Source: Limisphaerales bacterium
GTDB lineage: Bacteria; Verrucomicrobiota; Verrucomicrobiia; Limisphaerales; UBA1100
Assembly: GCA_965659445.1 (NCBI GenBank)
Contig: CBFHWX010000004.1
Location: 1 to 52,080, forward strand
Direction of reading: 5' to 3'
Length of the DNA stretch: 52,080 nt
Below the pieces are notes generated by a model. It was given only the letters and a program-made list of their open reading frames with translations. It ran no database searches and had not been told where the DNA came from. Numbering within the stretch: the first letter of the stretch is position 1; every line of letters begins with the position of its first letter. The position numbers and the translations under genes are program-made. Shown here piece by piece: positions 49,583 through 52,080 of this stretch.

Positions 49583-50359
49583 CTAGTTGTTTTTTATTGG
49601 CTTTAGCGCGCTGGTGGCCACGTGAACAGTTATGCCGGTTTCACTTTGCACGACGCAATAGCTGCCGGCATTGCGCACCAAGCGTACACGTGTGCCGGGC
49701 TTGAATCTGCCTTCAGGTGGTCGTGCCTGTTGTGGGCCGCCAAGATAGTAGGTTGCCCCAAACGTTCCATCGATCTCGTGGGTAAAGGGCCCCTTTATCT
49801 TCGTGTTTAAATTTAATTTCCTGACTCGTCTTTTGGAGACAGATTCCATGATGAGTTTTTCATTTTCCCCCTGTACGTCGTACATGTGGTAGGTTCTGGT
49901 GTTGGCATCTTTGATTCTGTAGACCTGTTTGTATGTTATTTCACGCTTTTGCATCGGGTCGTATCCTTTCCCGATCATCGTGGTCACCTTGCCATCCTTG
50001 GAGCAGGTGCCCGCGGTGGTGACCAGGACCGAGCCAAACGAATCAGTCCATGTTCCTATGTACTTTTTCTTGTGTGCCTCATAACCCATCACGGCGTGCC
50101 CGTGGAATGGCATGCCCGTTATTTTTCCGGTGAAATCGGAGATCAGCCAGAAGCCTCCCGGTTGCATCCTTGCCATCTCTACACCGTTCATTTCAATGAT
50201 CTGGCCGGGAACCGTATGGAATTTCGATTTATAATCCCAAGTGCCGACCATCATTTTCAAATGCTTGTGATGTTCGCCCGGTTTTTCCATTTCGGGCGGT
50301 TCCTGAGCTGATAGCGTGGATGCAGCAAAGCCTACAATTAGGGCAATGAGTTTTTTCAT
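49583..50359 (-). CDS. Secreted DUF1579-like protein with C-terminal SH3-like domain
   Basis: Signal peptide, PGEHHKHL..MVGTW, GGFWL, GY....KKY.GTW.DS; extra C-terminal YY..GPQQARPP.G....GT.V domain. Confidence 0.7.
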   Translation of the reverse strand: MKKLIALIVGFAASTLSAQEPPEMEKPGEHHKHLKMMVGTWDYKSKFHTVPGQIIEMNGVEMARMQPGGFWLISDFTGKITGMPFHGHAVMGYEAHKKKYIGTWTDSFGSVLVTTAGTCSKDGKVTTMIGKGYDPMQKREITYKQVYRIKDANTRTYHMYDVQGENEKLIMESVSKRRVRKLNLNTKIKGPFTHEIDGTFGATYYLGGPQQARPPEGRFKPGTRVRLVRNAGSYCVVQSETGITVHVATSALKPIKNN

Positions 50360-50425
50360 AATGGAGAAAGGCTATATCCGGTCAAAGGATTGCGCAAGTA
50401 CACACCCGAGGGCGATAGGTTCGGT

Positions 50426-50836
50426 TTATTGAGGAAAGAAACGGATGGAGAAAGGATATTTAATCAAGTCGCCCTTGGCTGCCTTGTAGCCACCGCGCAG
50501 GATGAGAAAAATATTGGTGTACGCCCAGATCCGTAGGCAAATTCCGGCTGGCACTTCTAGGCTGCTGATTGCGTCCCATTGTGTAGTGAGTTTGCTGACC
50601 ACATACAGGATTAAAAAATAAAGCGTCATCGCGAGCTGAAAATTCAGCACCGCGCGTCCATGACGATCCGAGGTGGCCGATTGTTTTTTTCGGATGATCC
50701 AGACGATGAGGGGAGCGATGACATTTACTGCAGGAATCATTCCAACAATCATGGCCAGAGGTGAGAGATGGCAGGCGGTTACCCATGTGCGATCTGTTTT
50801 CTCCACGGACCTGATGTAACTGTGTAACGGACGCAT
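50426..50836 (-). CDS. DUF4870-like membrane protein
   Basis: W...CHLS, PLIVW..K, HGRAVLNFQ, KYPFSIRF; start at ATG 50836 or GTG 50806, not the upstream ORF start. Confidence 0.8.
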   Translation of the reverse strand: MRPLHSYIRSVEKTDRTWVTACHLSPLAMIVGMIPAVNVIAPLIVWIIRKKQSATSDRHGRAVLNFQLAMTLYFLILYVVSKLTTQWDAISSLEVPAGICLRIWAYTNIFLILRGGYKAAKGDLIKYPFSIRFFPQ

Positions 50837-50909
50837 GGCAAGTCGAACCGTGGGTACTGCAATATTGACTTTCCCTGAAAAGAGAGTATGTAGAGTGGCG
50901 GAGGTTAGG

Positions 50910-51209
50910 ATGGAACGATTCAAAAAAAATCTGGTGGTCCTATTGGCGGTGAGCTTTTTGTTCGCCGGAAGTGTCAACGCAAACCCTGCTGGTTCCGGCA
51001 GTAACACACCGGCTATCGTGGCGGATGCCTTTATCTGTCGGCCCATGGGGGTTATTGCTCTGATTGCAGGTAGCGCAATATATGTCGTGGCACTGCCCTT
51101 CACGACTATGGCTAAAGGGCAGGAAGAAGCAAAGCGCTCCCTAATCCTGTACCCCTATCACTACACTTTCACCCGCCAACTAGGCGAATTCCACGATGAC
51201 GATCTCTAG
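50910..51209 (+). CDS. Small secreted/membrane hypothetical protein
   Basis: GGAGG upstream of ATG 50910; signal peptide; D...RP.G......G....VALPF...YTF.R.LG pattern. Confidence 0.75.
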   Translation: MERFKKNLVVLLAVSFLFAGSVNANPAGSGSNTPAIVADAFICRPMGVIALIAGSAIYVVALPFTTMAKGQEEAKRSLILYPYHYTFTRQLGEFHDDDL

Positions 51210-51960
51210 GCCTTTGGCCATTTTACTCGGTTCTCTTACTCTCGTACTTTACGCGCAAGATAAACCGGCAAAAGCACTGCCCTTCGGTCCGGTTGAGTTG
51301 CCAGGCACCGATGCGTTGTATCAACAGTTGCTCCGTTCCAATGCTGAAGGCATTGGGAAGTTCTATATGGGTCGTCAGATTTCCCACGTGATGGGTCATC
51401 AGGGAGCAACGTGGTTGGAACGCCCAGAGCGTGAGCGAGAGGAAAATACCAGCGAGATGATCAAGTGCCTCAAGCTAAAAGCTGGCGATCAGGTGGCGGA
51501 CATCGGGGTGGGTACCGGATATATTGCCCGCCGCATCTCCAAGGTCATTGGCCCCAAGGGCACTATCTTCGGCGTGGACATCCAGCCTGAGATGCTTGCG
51601 CTTTTGGATAAGAAGATGAAAGCCGCCGGCATCAATAATGTGAAAGGGGTGCGGGGTACCATCAGTGATCCCAAGCTTGCGGCCAACTCATTGGATTTTG
51701 TAATCATGGTGGACGTATACCACGAATTTTCTCATCCCTATGAAATGATGCACGGCATCGTGAAGGCACTGAAACCGGGCGGGCGCGTGGCCTTTGTGGA
51801 ATACCGCGGCGAAGACCCCAAGGTGCCTATCAAGCGGCTGCATAAGATGACTGAGGTACAGGTAAAGAAGGAGGCATTATTATTTTCTCTCAAGCATGTG
51901 GAGACTTACAAAAAGCTCCCGTGGCAGCACGTGATATTCTTCAGCAAGTTGGCCAAGTAG
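51196..51960 (+). CDS. Class I SAM-dependent methyltransferase with signal peptide
   Basis: VADIGVGTGY motif I, VDIQPEM, VDVYHEFSHP, LKPGG. Confidence 0.92.
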   Translation: MTISRPLAILLGSLTLVLYAQDKPAKALPFGPVELPGTDALYQQLLRSNAEGIGKFYMGRQISHVMGHQGATWLERPEREREENTSEMIKCLKLKAGDQVADIGVGTGYIARRISKVIGPKGTIFGVDIQPEMLALLDKKMKAAGINNVKGVRGTISDPKLAANSLDFVIMVDVYHEFSHPYEMMHGIVKALKPGGRVAFVEYRGEDPKVPIKRLHKMTEVQVKKEALLFSLKHVETYKKLPWQHVIFFSKLAK

Positions 51961-51978
51961 GAGTGTAAGGCACGAGTC

Positions 51979-52080
51979 CTACCTATGGAGTTCCTCCATA
52001 GCATCCTTTTTTCGGGCAATCCATATGCAGGCAGCAATAGCCACAACTTGTATTAGTAGTCGAATAATATGGCCAGTGGA
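51979..52080 (-). CDS. Probable 3' end of a membrane protein gene (truncated by window edge)
   Basis: Open frame STGHIIRLLIQVVAIAACIWIARKKDAMEELHR*: hydrophobic helix then basic residues. Confidence 0.45.
   Translation of the reverse strand, partial: STGHIIRLLIQVVAIAACIWIARKKDAMEELHR
51983..52012 (+). terminator. Possible terminator hairpin after the methyltransferase
   Basis: Perfect CTATGGAG-ttc-CTCCATAG stem with a T6 tract 5 nt downstream. Confidence 0.4.

Noticed and set aside
50837-51103. Apparent overlap between the 50426-51103 minus ORF and the 50835-51209 plus ORF
   Set aside because: Disappears when starts are set at 50836/50806 (minus) and 50910 (plus); an ordinary divergent pair

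Overview
Bacterial chromosomal window, most likely Verrucomicrobiota (PVC superphylum). This is inferred from the PVC-type heme CxxCH protein, the PQQ-like propeller paralogues, and the absence of tuf, rpmD and adk from the ribosomal cluster. Bases 1-30,370 are one + strand translation/transcription supercluster: nusG-rplKAJL-rpoBC, str (rpsLG-fusA), S10, spc, secY-map-infA-like-rpmJ, and alpha (rpsMKD-rpoA-rplQ), closed by an intrinsic terminator. Bases 30.4-52 kb hold mixed housekeeping and accessory genes: an SSS symporter, an EF-G paralogue, an NRAMP-like transporter, two PQQ-like beta-propellers, a gluconolactonase, a TPR lipoprotein, a GNAT, an SGNH esterase, a large PVC heme protein, a metallophosphoesterase, DUF proteins and a methyltransferase. 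I saw no rRNA, tRNA, CRISPR array or mobile element. The most notable signals are: (i) a heavily modified ribosome, with insertions in exit-tunnel-side proteins (uL22 about 60 aa longer than usual, also uL23, uL24, bL17) and long acidic tails, several built from 18/36-bp tandem repeats; (ii) an IF-1-like gene that has lost its basic rRNA-binding helix; (iii) an unannotated 37-aa Pro-rich (PPP) upstream ORF whose stop overlaps the EF-G2 start codon, inside a hairpin plus C/U-rich leader; (iv) a LysM-like insertion inside a beta-propeller; and (v) several candidate structured intergenic RNAs. All family calls come from motif recognition by eye; no searches were run.
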